A DNA stretch of 64,000 nucleotides from Syntrophales bacterium (lineage in GTDB: Bacteria; Desulfobacterota; Syntrophia; Syntrophales; PHBD01). The stretch spans positions 4,256,001-4,320,000 of the forward strand of contig OY764159.1 in assembly GCA_963668175.1 (NCBI GenBank), given 5' to 3'. The notes below the pieces were generated by a model. It had not been told where the DNA came from and did no database searches. It saw only the letters and a list, made by a program, of their open reading frames with translations. Positions 21,055-30,692 of the stretch are shown one piece after another (positions within the stretch are counted from its first letter, which is position 1; each line of letters begins with the position of its first letter). The translations under genes were made by a program, and so were the position numbers.

Positions 21055-21079
21055 CTCGCCCCAGCCATTTACTTTATTG

Positions 21080-21616
21080 TCATACTATATCTTCCCTGAA
21101 CAAAGCAGCATGAACCATGTCAACCTCTAAACCTTCAAACAGCATATGCCGGACTCTCCTTCCATCCTCGACCATGCCGGTACTTCTCATAATTCCCAGC
21201 ATGGCTTCATTGTTCGATATCGTCCCGGCCGTGACTTTGCGAACGCCAACCAAACGGAAGAGATATCCGCACACGGCGTTCCATGCCTCCGCGCCGTATC
21301 CTTTCCGCCATGCTTCACGACAGCCGATCAGGATTCCCATATCGGCAGTGTTGTTTATGACGTCGACATATGCGTTTATATTTCCCAAGTGCAGCCTGTC
21401 GCTCTTGCGAACTATCGCCCAGAAATAGTTGGGCGTACCGTCGAACGATTGTAAGTATTCTCTGCATGAATCGAGGGTGTGACGACGAAATCTCTGCTCG
21501 CTGTAGCGCACGACCTCCGGATCACTCAGCCAACTGACATAGGCCATCGTAAGGAATTTTTCGGAAAACGGCTCCACATATAGCCTTTCGCTCTCTATCG
21601 TATCGGATACGGCCAT
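21080..21616 (-). CDS. GNAT N-acetyltransferase (RimJ/PseH-like)
   Basis: YVSWLSDPEV, ADMGILIG, WRKGYGAEAW, NEAMLG; ATG 21616 preceded by GAGAGGGG. Confidence 0.82.
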   Translation of the reverse strand: MAVSDTIESERLYVEPFSEKFLTMAYVSWLSDPEVVRYSEQRFRRHTLDSCREYLQSFDGTPNYFWAIVRKSDRLHLGNINAYVDVINNTADMGILIGCREAWRKGYGAEAWNAVCGYLFRLVGVRKVTAGTISNNEAMLGIMRSTGMVEDGRRVRHMLFEGLEVDMVHAALFREDIV

Positions 21617-21629
21617 CCATCCCCTCTCA

Positions 21630-22748
21630 TTATGAATAATGTTTCTCAAGAATATCGGTCAAAAATGTGAGGCATTTTTCCGATGAACCTTCCACGAACG
21701 CATCCGCTACTTTCGCGGCCTCCGGCGGACAAGGAACGCTTCTATTTTTGATTGCGAACTTTAATTCATCCCTGGTAAAGAAATACGGCGTAACGCCGTC
21801 TCTCGCGGACGCGAGCCACTCCTTTTCCAGAGGCCTGGGCAAAATGGAGAGAGTAGCCCGCCCCATAAGAACCGCCTCCACCAGCAGCATGGAGGTCATA
21901 CCAACCACGAAATCGGAACCGTAGATCACTTCGAGGGCATCTTCGTCTTTGCTTATGTAATCAAAGTGTTTTATAAACTCGCTGAATTCGTCAACCGTGT
22001 TTTTGGGATGGAGTCGCATGACGAGATAAGGGCGTTCGGCAAGCTCCGATAGACTGTCGAGAAATTCCTCCAAGACGATTTTCGTCCTTTCCGTATAACG
22101 CCCCGAGCCTTGCAGGGTATATTCCGAAGAATGGTGAAATTGCCCGGGTTCGAAGCCTGTCGATATCTCGGAGGCAAAAAGCCATATAGGTTGCCCCTTT
22201 GACCAGCCCGGAAAAAGCGTCGTACGCAGGTCATCGAGATTTTTCCTCTGCCATTCTTTTAATGCGGACCGGACATAGTCATAGCGAGGATGCCCACACA
22301 CGACCAGCCTTTCCTTTTGGTATCCAAGCGTCGTGAATCGATCGGCCGTCCAGCGGTCGGGAACCAGCAGCCAGTCGGGTGCGAATCTGAGCGGCTCCTT
22401 CGATGTTCCCCGGAAACGATACTCCGCATTGATGCCAGCGTCCACAACGCCGACGGATACCCTATCGGCCCTCTTGGCCGAATCTATAAGCTGGAGGCCT
22501 ATGGTTCTCGGATTCTCGGCCGTTCCGACTAACAAAACCCTGGGATTGTATTTTTTAAAAATTGCTGCGGCATCTTCTCCGAAAGGAACCCGCTCCGAGT
22601 CCACATGTAACCTATCCAGATAATCGCCTGCAATCCCCTGAGACAATAATTTCACTTTCAAGCCACGTCCCGAAAGCATCTCGGGGAACGGCTGCACATA
22701 GTTGGCGGCACCGGGATCTTCAACGAATATGAGTACGTCAATGTTCAC
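21630..22748 (-). CDS. Orphan GT-B-like protein (paralog of 51076..52227)
   Basis: EDPGAAN, LVVCGHP, MRLHPK, SDFVVGMTSMLLVEAVLMG. Confidence 0.5.
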   Translation of the reverse strand: MNIDVLIFVEDPGAANYVQPFPEMLSGRGLKVKLLSQGIAGDYLDRLHVDSERVPFGEDAAAIFKKYNPRVLLVGTAENPRTIGLQLIDSAKRADRVSVGVVDAGINAEYRFRGTSKEPLRFAPDWLLVPDRWTADRFTTLGYQKERLVVCGHPRYDYVRSALKEWQRKNLDDLRTTLFPGWSKGQPIWLFASEISTGFEPGQFHHSSEYTLQGSGRYTERTKIVLEEFLDSLSELAERPYLVMRLHPKNTVDEFSEFIKHFDYISKDEDALEVIYGSDFVVGMTSMLLVEAVLMGRATLSILPRPLEKEWLASARDGVTPYFFTRDELKFAIKNRSVPCPPEAAKVADAFVEGSSEKCLTFLTDILEKHYS

Positions 22749-22769
22749 GTATCGTACGCCATGACCCGA

Positions 22770-23780
22770 TCAGGGCATTGTAACAGATTTTTGTGAGTCA
22801 CGGGCAGAGTCCAATATGGCATGCAGTACTTCCGTTGTTCTTAAAGCCGAATCCCCGTCGCTCCATAGCGGTTTTGCTTCGGTAACGGCGTCCGCCAGGT
22901 TTGAATACATATGATACAAAGCATTTCCAATCGTTGACTCGATCTCGGCTAACCGATCGGACGCTATTTCTTTCTCCCCGCCGACGGCCCTGTTGCCGGA
23001 CAGGGGATAACGATAGATGCCCAGGCCTTCCTGCAGGATTGAAAGTCTTCCCATATCTCCCCAGATATCGAGGCCGTTCTCTCTGTAAAAAGCAAATGAC
23101 ACCGTGTTCATGGTAACAAGGAGGCCGCTTCGCATCCTGAGAGCAAAAGGCACATGGAAATCATTCGCCCCGAAAGGCTGGATATTTCCCAGCGCCCTGA
23201 CCGAATCGATCTCGCCGAAGAGCATCCTGACAAGATCGACCATATGGGAGCCGTTATTGAGCAGACCGTTCCCATACAAGCCGAAGACCGCCTGGGGATT
23301 GCCGATAATGTCATGCATCCCCACTGACGCCAGCGCTCTCAACCGCTCATCCGCTCTTCGCACGAAATTGACTTGGAGCAGGATATTTCTGCGCCTGCAG
23401 ATCTCGACGAATTTGCGGGCGTCATGGAGACTTAAGCCCAGGGGCTTCTCGGCAAGGACAGCCTTCAAGGAGGGCAATTTTTCTATGAAATGAAGCCGCG
23501 TATCCGGGGGTGTCGCAATGATGGCCACATCGGGCGCGTGGTCGGCAGCAAAATCATCTATGCTCGCGTTTACGCAATTTACCTGCCATTCCGTCGCGGC
23601 CTGCCCCAACGCACCTTCGGAGGGATCGATAACGGCTTCCCAGTCGAACAGGGGATGATCGCGCAAGACCTGGGCATGGGTGGCATAAGGAAAATGCTTC
23701 GCCATGATCTCGTCGCCGGCGTATCCGGCGGCGATCTTGCCAAAACCGACAAGGACGGTCTTCAACGGGGAGATTTTCAT
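22770..23780 (-). CDS. Gfo/Idh/MocA-family oxidoreductase
   Basis: LVGFGKIA, IATPP, LAEKP, VNFVRR, NNGSHMVD; ATG 23780 gives ATGA overlap with upstream stop. Confidence 0.88.
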   Translation of the reverse strand: MKISPLKTVLVGFGKIAAGYAGDEIMAKHFPYATHAQVLRDHPLFDWEAVIDPSEGALGQAATEWQVNCVNASIDDFAADHAPDVAIIATPPDTRLHFIEKLPSLKAVLAEKPLGLSLHDARKFVEICRRRNILLQVNFVRRADERLRALASVGMHDIIGNPQAVFGLYGNGLLNNGSHMVDLVRMLFGEIDSVRALGNIQPFGANDFHVPFALRMRSGLLVTMNTVSFAFYRENGLDIWGDMGRLSILQEGLGIYRYPLSGNRAVGGEKEIASDRLAEIESTIGNALYHMYSNLADAVTEAKPLWSDGDSALRTTEVLHAILDSARDSQKSVTMP

Positions 23781-24517
23781 CGGGTAGGTTTTTCTTCGCA
23801 ATCCCGATTGATTTCGAGCAGCGCCGGGTCCTGTCTCAGCAATTCCATGATTTCCTCAATACCGAAAACATCGCCGAATTTGGGTTGAAGGCGCCGATAG
23901 ATCTCGGTGATGAACCGGTGATCCTCCGGATAATCCAGTTGAAAACGGTAATCCGGGCCATGCCATCTTTCCGGCGCAAAAAGATGAATGATGCGGTACT
24001 TCTCGGGATGTTCATAGAAATACAAAGAGACATGCTCTCGGACGGCCGGGTCCTTGACATCCTTGTCTATTTTTTCAAGCTCGCCGAAAGAAAACACTTG
24101 AATGTCTTCACCCATCGGAAACGACAATTTGCTCACGTTGGCAACGACGTCGCAGTCGTTTTCAAGAAACGTTTTCACTCCCATATCGATCAAACCGGGG
24201 TCGATCAGGGTACAGTCCCCCGTAACCTCGACAATGATATCCGACCCCATCGTACGGTGCGCCTCCACAACCCGCAGCAGGACATCTTCCTCGCTGCCGC
24301 GATAAAAGGGCACTTTCTCTTTTTTGGCCCAGGCTTCCAGGGCATCATCGGCCGATGCGACTGACGTGGCCAATACGATCCCATCCAGCAGTTTGCAGTG
24401 TTTCAGCCTTCTCGCCAGTCTTGTCAAAGCGGGTTCGCCGTTGATATCCGCCAGCACCTTACCCGGAAATCTTGAAGATCCCATGCGCGCTTCGATACTG
24501 GCTACAATCTTTGGCAT
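23777..24517 (-). CDS. SpsF-type cytidylyltransferase (EARM variant)
   Basis: SIEARMGSSRFPGKVL, RGSEEDVL, VTGDC, REHVS, QLDYPED. Confidence 0.85.
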   Translation of the reverse strand: MPKIVASIEARMGSSRFPGKVLADINGEPALTRLARRLKHCKLLDGIVLATSVASADDALEAWAKKEKVPFYRGSEEDVLLRVVEAHRTMGSDIIVEVTGDCTLIDPGLIDMGVKTFLENDCDVVANVSKLSFPMGEDIQVFSFGELEKIDKDVKDPAVREHVSLYFYEHPEKYRIIHLFAPERWHGPDYRFQLDYPEDHRFITEIYRRLQPKFGDVFGIEEIMELLRQDPALLEINRDCEEKPTR

Positions 24518-24526
24518 ATTGACCTC

Positions 24527-25792
24527 CTACTCCAGTGAATTGAGTTCCAATCTGTGACGATGGACTTTTCTGATGGCCTCAACCATCAATTCCAAGACCT
24601 CAGGCGAAATATCATACATGCATGGTTCGTAAACAAGCAGCTCCTCTGAGTGCATGCGTTCGGCCACCGGACATGCACCCTCTTTATAATCGATCGTAGA
24701 GAGGTTGAAAGGATACGACCCCAGGGCTATTTTCTTTTGAAACATGGGCAGCATATACAGCGGTCGCACATATCCCGTCGAGTGCGGAAAGCCCTCCGCC
24801 TCCAGGGCACGGCTGAACTGCCGGCGCGAAACACCCAGCGCATCGCCGTCGACTTTCATGCCCCAGACATAATAAACATGCCTGCAATCCGACCTCACTA
24901 CCGGAGGCGTTAGACCCGCAAGACCCCGAACACCCTGCGACAGTCTTTCGGCGACTGTCGTTCTCGCCTCCACATGCCGGTCTATTTCCTTGAGTTGTTC
25001 AATACCAATGGCGGCACTCATTTCAGTTAAGCGGTAATTGAAACCGATGATGCCGCTGATATTCTCGACTTCCATCGGACCGACGACGTTTTCACCGTGA
25101 TTCCTTATCATCCTCAGACGAAGAGCCAGATCGTCGTCATCGGTCACGCACATCCCACCCTCGCCCGTATGGATATGCTTGTGGTAGTTCAGGCTGAACA
25201 CGCCGATATGACCGATCGTCCCCGCATACCGGCCTTTTTCTCCGGCAAGAGGTCCCTGCGCGTTGTCCTCGATGAGATATATCCCGTGCCGATCCGCCAT
25301 CGATCTCAGCCTTTCGAGCTGCGCCGGGTGTCCGAAGAGATTGACGGCGATGATGGCGCGTGTGCGAGGCGAAATCAGGCCTTCTACACACTCCGGATCA
25401 AGACAGAACGTATCCGGCTCGATATCGGCAAAGACCGGGATCCCGCCGTAAACGACCGGGGCAACGACCGTCGCCGACATGGTCAAAGGAGGAACGATCA
25501 CTTCGTCGCCCGGCTTTAAATCCACGGCACCCATGGCGGCGAACAATCCGGATGTCGCCGAGTTTACGGATATCGTATGCCTGATTTTGAAACGTTCGCT
25601 CCACATCCTTTCAAACTCTTTAACTACGGGTCCCCCGAGATACTGGTCACCCGGGCTGCCATAGAAGCCCGAGAGCGTCCCGGATCGAATAACAGAAGCA
25701 ACGGCGTTGAGTTCCTTATCTCCTATCGAATTGTACTTGGGCAGTTCTTGCTTCAGGACCGGCTCGCCGCCCAGAATGGCCAATTGTGACAT
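24527..25792 (-). CDS. DegT/DnrJ/EryC1/StrS PLP aminotransferase
   Basis: VNSATSGL, GDEVIVP, IEDNAQ, FSLNYHKHIHTGEGG (PLP Lys), GFNYRL. Confidence 0.92.
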   Translation of the reverse strand: MSQLAILGGEPVLKQELPKYNSIGDKELNAVASVIRSGTLSGFYGSPGDQYLGGPVVKEFERMWSERFKIRHTISVNSATSGLFAAMGAVDLKPGDEVIVPPLTMSATVVAPVVYGGIPVFADIEPDTFCLDPECVEGLISPRTRAIIAVNLFGHPAQLERLRSMADRHGIYLIEDNAQGPLAGEKGRYAGTIGHIGVFSLNYHKHIHTGEGGMCVTDDDDLALRLRMIRNHGENVVGPMEVENISGIIGFNYRLTEMSAAIGIEQLKEIDRHVEARTTVAERLSQGVRGLAGLTPPVVRSDCRHVYYVWGMKVDGDALGVSRRQFSRALEAEGFPHSTGYVRPLYMLPMFQKKIALGSYPFNLSTIDYKEGACPVAERMHSEELLVYEPCMYDISPEVLELMVEAIRKVHRHRLELNSLE

Positions 25793-25795
25793 TTG

Positions 25796-27652
25796 TTATC
25801 CTCGGCTGTTTTCGATGAACTGGAACCAATATTCAAGATTCAGCAACTGCCAGAGAAACATCATGTGGTTTTCCTTCGTCTCCCGGTTTTCAACGATTCT
25901 CTGGTGCTCCCTGACGATATTCATAACTGCGGATATATTATAAACGCCTCTCTCCTGGAAGCGTTTCGTATGGATCATATCCATCAGGAGTTCCTGACCT
26001 CCGTTTGAGAACCAAACGTGAGCCGGAGCGTTCCATCCGGTCTTTTTTATCCTGCATCGCGTGGTTTCCGGCAGAATGTCCTTCATCGCCTCCCTTAAAA
26101 GTATCTTGGTGACCCCGTCCCTGATCTTTAGCGCTCCGGGGATGCGAAACATAAACTCGACGAGGCGGTAATCCAGAAAGGGTTCAAAATGGGAAAGCCC
26201 GGCAGCCTCGGCCTGCCTGTCCTCCGCCCTCAGGCAGCACGGCATTGTTTCCCGGGTTATATCCTGGAACGTCCTGTTCTTCAGAAAACTTTTAAAGGGA
26301 TGTTCCATCACCGGCTCAAATTTTTCGAGCGGATAATAATCCCTGTTGACCGTATGGACATATTTATTCATCCGGTTGCGTTCCGGCTTGCATGTACCAG
26401 GAAGAGACAGGTCCGTACATCTGGAAAGGTAATCATTGACGACGGATTCGTTTTTTCTGAATATCGGATGATCATGATACTCCACCCATTTGCCGATTTC
26501 CCTCGACAGCTGCTCTTCCTCGCCCCGCGTTTTCAGGTCGGCAAAATGGTAGAAGAAGTATTCATACTCGCCGGCGTTCAATTCATCTCCGCCGAGACCG
26601 CCGAACAACGATCCGAATCCCTCCTCCGCTGCCTTCCCGCATAACAGGAAGTGGGAAAGCCATGTGGCCGTTGCAACGGGTTCGTCGTTTGCGGCTATCA
26701 TTTTCGGGACCACATCCCGAAGGTCCGGGATACCGATTTCGATGGAGTACCATCGCTCGACGTATGACTCCAGGATTGTCCGGATATCCTCCGACTCATC
26801 GTAGGTCTTGTCTTCGTACGTAGTCGATAACGCCATCTGTTTCCTGCCGTTTATCCGTGATGAGGCGGCAAGTATCGAAGAAGAGTCCATGCCTCCGGAT
26901 AAAGTGAAGGCAGGCTTATGGGCCTTGGCGTACCTTATCTTTACGGCATCGAAAAGCAGGGAGCGATACTGTTCCGCAAGATCCTTTTCCGTCCCGGCAA
27001 AATCGGGTACTTCATGCAATATCCAGTAGCGTTCCGTTTCGATGCGTGTTCCATCCCATTTCAGAATTCTACCGGCCGGCAGCTGCCTGATTTCTTCGAA
27101 AGGTGTACCTTCCTGATCGTTATCGAAATATCGATAGTGCGACCCGGCGAAAAGTGCGACATATTTTCGGTTTGCAGCACAATTGACGCCAGGCAGCCCC
27201 AGAAACGACGTGAGTCGGGAGGAGAAAGCCAAGCAACCGTTTTTTTGTAAGTAATACAGTGGCTTGATGCCAAGCCGATCCCGCGCCAGCCACAGGAGCC
27301 CTGTGTCTGCATCATACAAGGCAATGGCAAAATCCCCGTTGATCCGTTCCGCGGCATTTCGAAATCCATGCTTCCTGTAAAGCTCATAGAACAGAGCGAC
27401 ATCCGGTTCCGTCCCATATTCATCAAATTCACGCGCGTTGTATATATAGCCGTCCATGGCGATGATCACGCCGTCTGAGTCCAGCGGTCGGCATCCCATC
27501 TCCAATCCGGACCAGCCGAAGGAGGCGCATTTAGACGCCATCGTTTGTCGTTTTTCGGCGGGTTGCTGACGGACCCTTTGCATCATGAGTTGGAGCGCTC
27601 GTGAATTGCGCTCGGGCCCTTCTTCACTCACGTAACCGTATATTCTCGACAT
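25796..27652 (-). CDS. AsnB-like ATP-dependent amide synthetase with degenerate glutaminase domain
   Basis: Starts MSRIYG (no Cys); retains DGYIYN, RDRLGIKPLY, LSGGMDSS, GLGGDELNAG, PFLDYRL. Confidence 0.85.
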   Translation of the reverse strand: MSRIYGYVSEEGPERNSRALQLMMQRVRQQPAEKRQTMASKCASFGWSGLEMGCRPLDSDGVIIAMDGYIYNAREFDEYGTEPDVALFYELYRKHGFRNAAERINGDFAIALYDADTGLLWLARDRLGIKPLYYLQKNGCLAFSSRLTSFLGLPGVNCAANRKYVALFAGSHYRYFDNDQEGTPFEEIRQLPAGRILKWDGTRIETERYWILHEVPDFAGTEKDLAEQYRSLLFDAVKIRYAKAHKPAFTLSGGMDSSSILAASSRINGRKQMALSTTYEDKTYDESEDIRTILESYVERWYSIEIGIPDLRDVVPKMIAANDEPVATATWLSHFLLCGKAAEEGFGSLFGGLGGDELNAGEYEYFFYHFADLKTRGEEEQLSREIGKWVEYHDHPIFRKNESVVNDYLSRCTDLSLPGTCKPERNRMNKYVHTVNRDYYPLEKFEPVMEHPFKSFLKNRTFQDITRETMPCCLRAEDRQAEAAGLSHFEPFLDYRLVEFMFRIPGALKIRDGVTKILLREAMKDILPETTRCRIKKTGWNAPAHVWFSNGGQELLMDMIHTKRFQERGVYNISAVMNIVREHQRIVENRETKENHMMFLWQLLNLEYWFQFIENSRG

Positions 27653-27655
27653 GTC

Positions 27656-28351
27656 TCAACCTGTGTTCTTTCTTGCAATCAAAAATTCCCAATAGTGAGG
27701 GTAATCGATCACCATTTGCGGTTTTCCGCCTGAAAAGCGGTCCTCGGCAAATTCCACGGAAAAACAGTAGGACTCTATGAAGGTTTTTAATTCCATCCTC
27801 GGGTAGGCGTTTATATGAACCTTCAGTTCCACGTCGCCATCGAGGTATTTATCCACGACGTATAAATATTCCGGAATCTCCTTAATCGACTCGCGAAGAA
27901 CGACCGTCTTTCTTGCACATTTCAACATCCGTTCAAGATAACGCGGGTAGTTGTCCAGGTAAGTCAGAACATTGATGCAGACGATGTGATCGAACGACTC
28001 ATTCAGATCCTCTATTCTCATCAACTGGAGATTCTCCGCCGGAAGCCCGTACGAAGGCATCACCTTTTTACCGATCTTGATGAGTGATGCCGCTGCGTCT
28101 ATCCCGAAATAAGCTGCCAAAATGTTTCTCTTTCGCAGCGAATGGTAAAAATAGCCGCCGCCGCATCCGACATCAAGGAGGGTATCGCCCTTTTCCATAT
28201 GAGGCATCAGAAGCTCCAGGGCCTGCTGATGACACGTCATCTCCTCGGCCTCAAGACGGCAGCGTCTCGCATAGAGTTCCCGAAGGCTCCGGCTGTTCTC
28301 CCAGGTGGAGTATTTGGCCCAGCCCTTTTTGTTTATGGTCTTTCCGGCCAT
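27656..28351 (-). CDS. Class I SAM-dependent methyltransferase
   Basis: LLDVGCGGG, YFGID, FDHIVCINVL. Confidence 0.82.
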   Translation of the reverse strand: MAGKTINKKGWAKYSTWENSRSLRELYARRCRLEAEEMTCHQQALELLMPHMEKGDTLLDVGCGGGYFYHSLRKRNILAAYFGIDAAASLIKIGKKVMPSYGLPAENLQLMRIEDLNESFDHIVCINVLTYLDNYPRYLERMLKCARKTVVLRESIKEIPEYLYVVDKYLDGDVELKVHINAYPRMELKTFIESYCFSVEFAEDRFSGGKPQMVIDYPHYWEFLIARKNTG

Positions 28352-28357
28352 CGAGGT

Positions 28358-29164
28358 TTAAACTAAAAATGCCCTGATCGTATATTTCGTGCTGGGTTCC
28401 TGAAGTCTCACGACCGTCAAAGGAGTGAAACCGGCCTTCTTCGCCATGAGCACCGTTGAAGCAAAACTGAACACATGGATGTGATCAATGAAAAATTCTT
28501 CCCGGCCTTTTCCCTCCCGCGCAGCCATTTCGCCATCCGGCACTTCGACATAGACGAAGCCCCGAGGGGCGAGATATTTCTTCGAGTGATTCAGCATGCT
28601 GATCGGGTCATCGACATGCTCAAGGACCTTGTTGAAGGAAATGGCATCATAACACTCCGAAAGTTCTGCCGTCATGAAATCGCACTGAATCGCCCTTACA
28701 CCGACATTGGCAACGATATGCTCTACCGCCGACTTGTCCGGATCAATCGCCGTACAATTCCAGCCCGCATGTTTTATTCCATGGGGAAAAATACCCAACC
28801 CCGAACCTACATCCAGGATATGCTTTTCTGATTTTCCTCCATTCCATAAAGCATCGGCAAATTCGCTGACGGCCTTCACGCGGCCGTGATTATCGGAACG
28901 CGATGGATCGAGAGAAACGATGCGGTCGAAAGTTCGTTTGATTCCGGAACTATCGCTGTAATTTGCGTTAACGTAATTTCCTGAATAAAGGGCCTTCGTA
29001 TCCATTTTGAAGTCCGAAAAGAAGTGACCGCAGATATTGCATTGAAGCATCCGGCGAAAATAGTCTTGCCTGCTGCCGAAATCGAATCTTATTTCGCCGT
29101 CGGGCGGAGTGTCATATTCGAAAACGACCGACATGTTCTCGCTGCTGCAGATGGGACAGCTCAT
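28358..29164 (-). CDS. Class I SAM-dependent methyltransferase with N-terminal Zn-ribbon
   Basis: CPIC...CNIC, ILDVGSGLG, NKVLEHVDDP, YVEVPD. Confidence 0.85.
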   Translation of the reverse strand: MSCPICSSENMSVVFEYDTPPDGEIRFDFGSRQDYFRRMLQCNICGHFFSDFKMDTKALYSGNYVNANYSDSSGIKRTFDRIVSLDPSRSDNHGRVKAVSEFADALWNGGKSEKHILDVGSGLGIFPHGIKHAGWNCTAIDPDKSAVEHIVANVGVRAIQCDFMTAELSECYDAISFNKVLEHVDDPISMLNHSKKYLAPRGFVYVEVPDGEMAAREGKGREEFFIDHIHVFSFASTVLMAKKAGFTPLTVVRLQEPSTKYTIRAFLV

Positions 29165-29562
29165 GGCGCCTCGGTCTGTATACCGTATTCTTTGATTTTC
29201 GTTTCCAGTTCTCGAAGGTGTTCCTCATTGTCCAGCCAGCATATGATCTCCAGCGGTTCCTTGCCGGCATAATCGAGGAAGAGGTCTTCCTTGCCTTCCT
29301 CGACGAGAAGAATGAAGAAGCGGTCGATCCTGTTCTTTACCAGAACCGCTTTCAAGCCGAAACTCTGGAGCCTCCCGTTTAAAGACGGCGTCGCGTAATA
29401 TCCCCACGACTTTCTGACCACGTCGTATTCCCTTCCTGCGGAAGTTACGAACGTCACTTGCTCGTCGGGTTCGAGTTGAATCTCGCCGCAGTCGCTGATC
29501 TCGATCTTCACGTCGAAACCCGCTTCGAACTTTCGCGGAGGAATATTTTGTTTGAACTTCAT
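29161..29562 (-). CDS. Hypothetical protein (about 133 aa), translationally coupled on both sides
   Basis: ATG 29562 (MKFKQNIPPRKF...) overlaps upstream TGA (ATGA); its TGA overlaps the next ATG. Confidence 0.75.
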   Translation of the reverse strand: MKFKQNIPPRKFEAGFDVKIEISDCGEIQLEPDEQVTFVTSAGREYDVVRKSWGYYATPSLNGRLQSFGLKAVLVKNRIDRFFILLVEEGKEDLFLDYAGKEPLEIICWLDNEEHLRELETKIKEYGIQTEAP

Positions 29563-30680
29563 TGCCACGTCCAGTCTTCTATGAGAAAATCCGGCATCTT
29601 CCATACGCCGTCGACATATTTCCAGATGGTTGTGTTCCTGAATTTCTCGATTGTCCGGAAGAATTTCTCCGTTGTTATGCCCGCAAAAATACAGAATTTC
29701 TCGATGTCGCCGTATGGTGTCTGATCGCCCTTCCGGCGAATGATATCGATTGCATCGTCCCGGCTTAACCGCCCGTTTCTGATTTCCAGAGACAGGTTAT
29801 CAAAAAGCCTCGTAAACCCGAATTTATACCACTTCAGATAATGATGGATGGAAATGAAATCGTCATCTATATCCGCATAGTCATAGTATCCTGTTTTGGG
29901 ACCCTCCAGACTGCTCTTAAAACCATGCTCCTTCGCGACACGATACGTCACTTCAGGGTCCCACGGAAAATAATATCCTAAAAAGACGGCAAGGACGTTT
30001 TTTTCTTCAAGTTCGGAATCGCCGGGGCCAAAGTACGGAGTCAATTCCTTCTCCGACAGCTGATCATCTATCCAATCGTGTGCCGTGGTGCCATGCGACA
30101 CGCCGAATTTCTTAAGCCAGTTGCTGTCCAGCTTAAAACCCGTCAGCTCTTCTTCATCCGTTCCGTATTCAAATGCCGAATTTTCACCCCAAACGACAAG
30201 GGGAATATCGAACTTAACCGCAATCTTCAACGGTATATTGAAGAGCGCAAGGTGCATTGGAATGGCCGTACTGCCGAAGCGTTCCAGCGCCTTGAGCATG
30301 AACTTCTTTTCCACGTTCGGATTGATGCTGTAATCGATATGATCGACGCCGAGGCTTATCAGATTCTCCAGGTTCTTGCGCCCGACTACCGTCCTTGCCG
30401 GCGTCTTCCATGTAACGGCCAGAGGATGCATACCGAATTCGAGGCAGCGGACGACCTGCCACGTACTGTCTTTACCTCCGCTGACAGGTATCACACAGTC
30501 GTAGCCGCTTCCTCTTCTTTGAGCATTGCGGACGACCTCACGGAACTGTTTTTCCCGTCCAGCCCAATCGATGGTATCGTATTTTGAACCCGAACTTTTG
30601 CACGCATTGCAGACCCCGTCGTTTCCAATAATCAAGCCTGGTCTCGTGTCGGGAAGGACACATTTTAAACAATACTTCAC
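29559..30680 (-). CDS. N-acetyl-sugar amidotransferase (WbuX/PseA-like, stand-alone)
   Basis: YCLKCVLPDTRPG, CNAC, YDCVIPVSGGKDS, WGENSAFEYG, YLKWYKFGFTR. Confidence 0.9.
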   Translation of the reverse strand: MKYCLKCVLPDTRPGLIIGNDGVCNACKSSGSKYDTIDWAGREKQFREVVRNAQRRGSGYDCVIPVSGGKDSTWQVVRCLEFGMHPLAVTWKTPARTVVGRKNLENLISLGVDHIDYSINPNVEKKFMLKALERFGSTAIPMHLALFNIPLKIAVKFDIPLVVWGENSAFEYGTDEEELTGFKLDSNWLKKFGVSHGTTAHDWIDDQLSEKELTPYFGPGDSELEEKNVLAVFLGYYFPWDPEVTYRVAKEHGFKSSLEGPKTGYYDYADIDDDFISIHHYLKWYKFGFTRLFDNLSLEIRNGRLSRDDAIDIIRRKGDQTPYGDIEKFCIFAGITTEKFFRTIEKFRNTTIWKYVDGVWKMPDFLIEDWTWQ

Positions 30681-30692
30681 GCGGCTCCCTCA

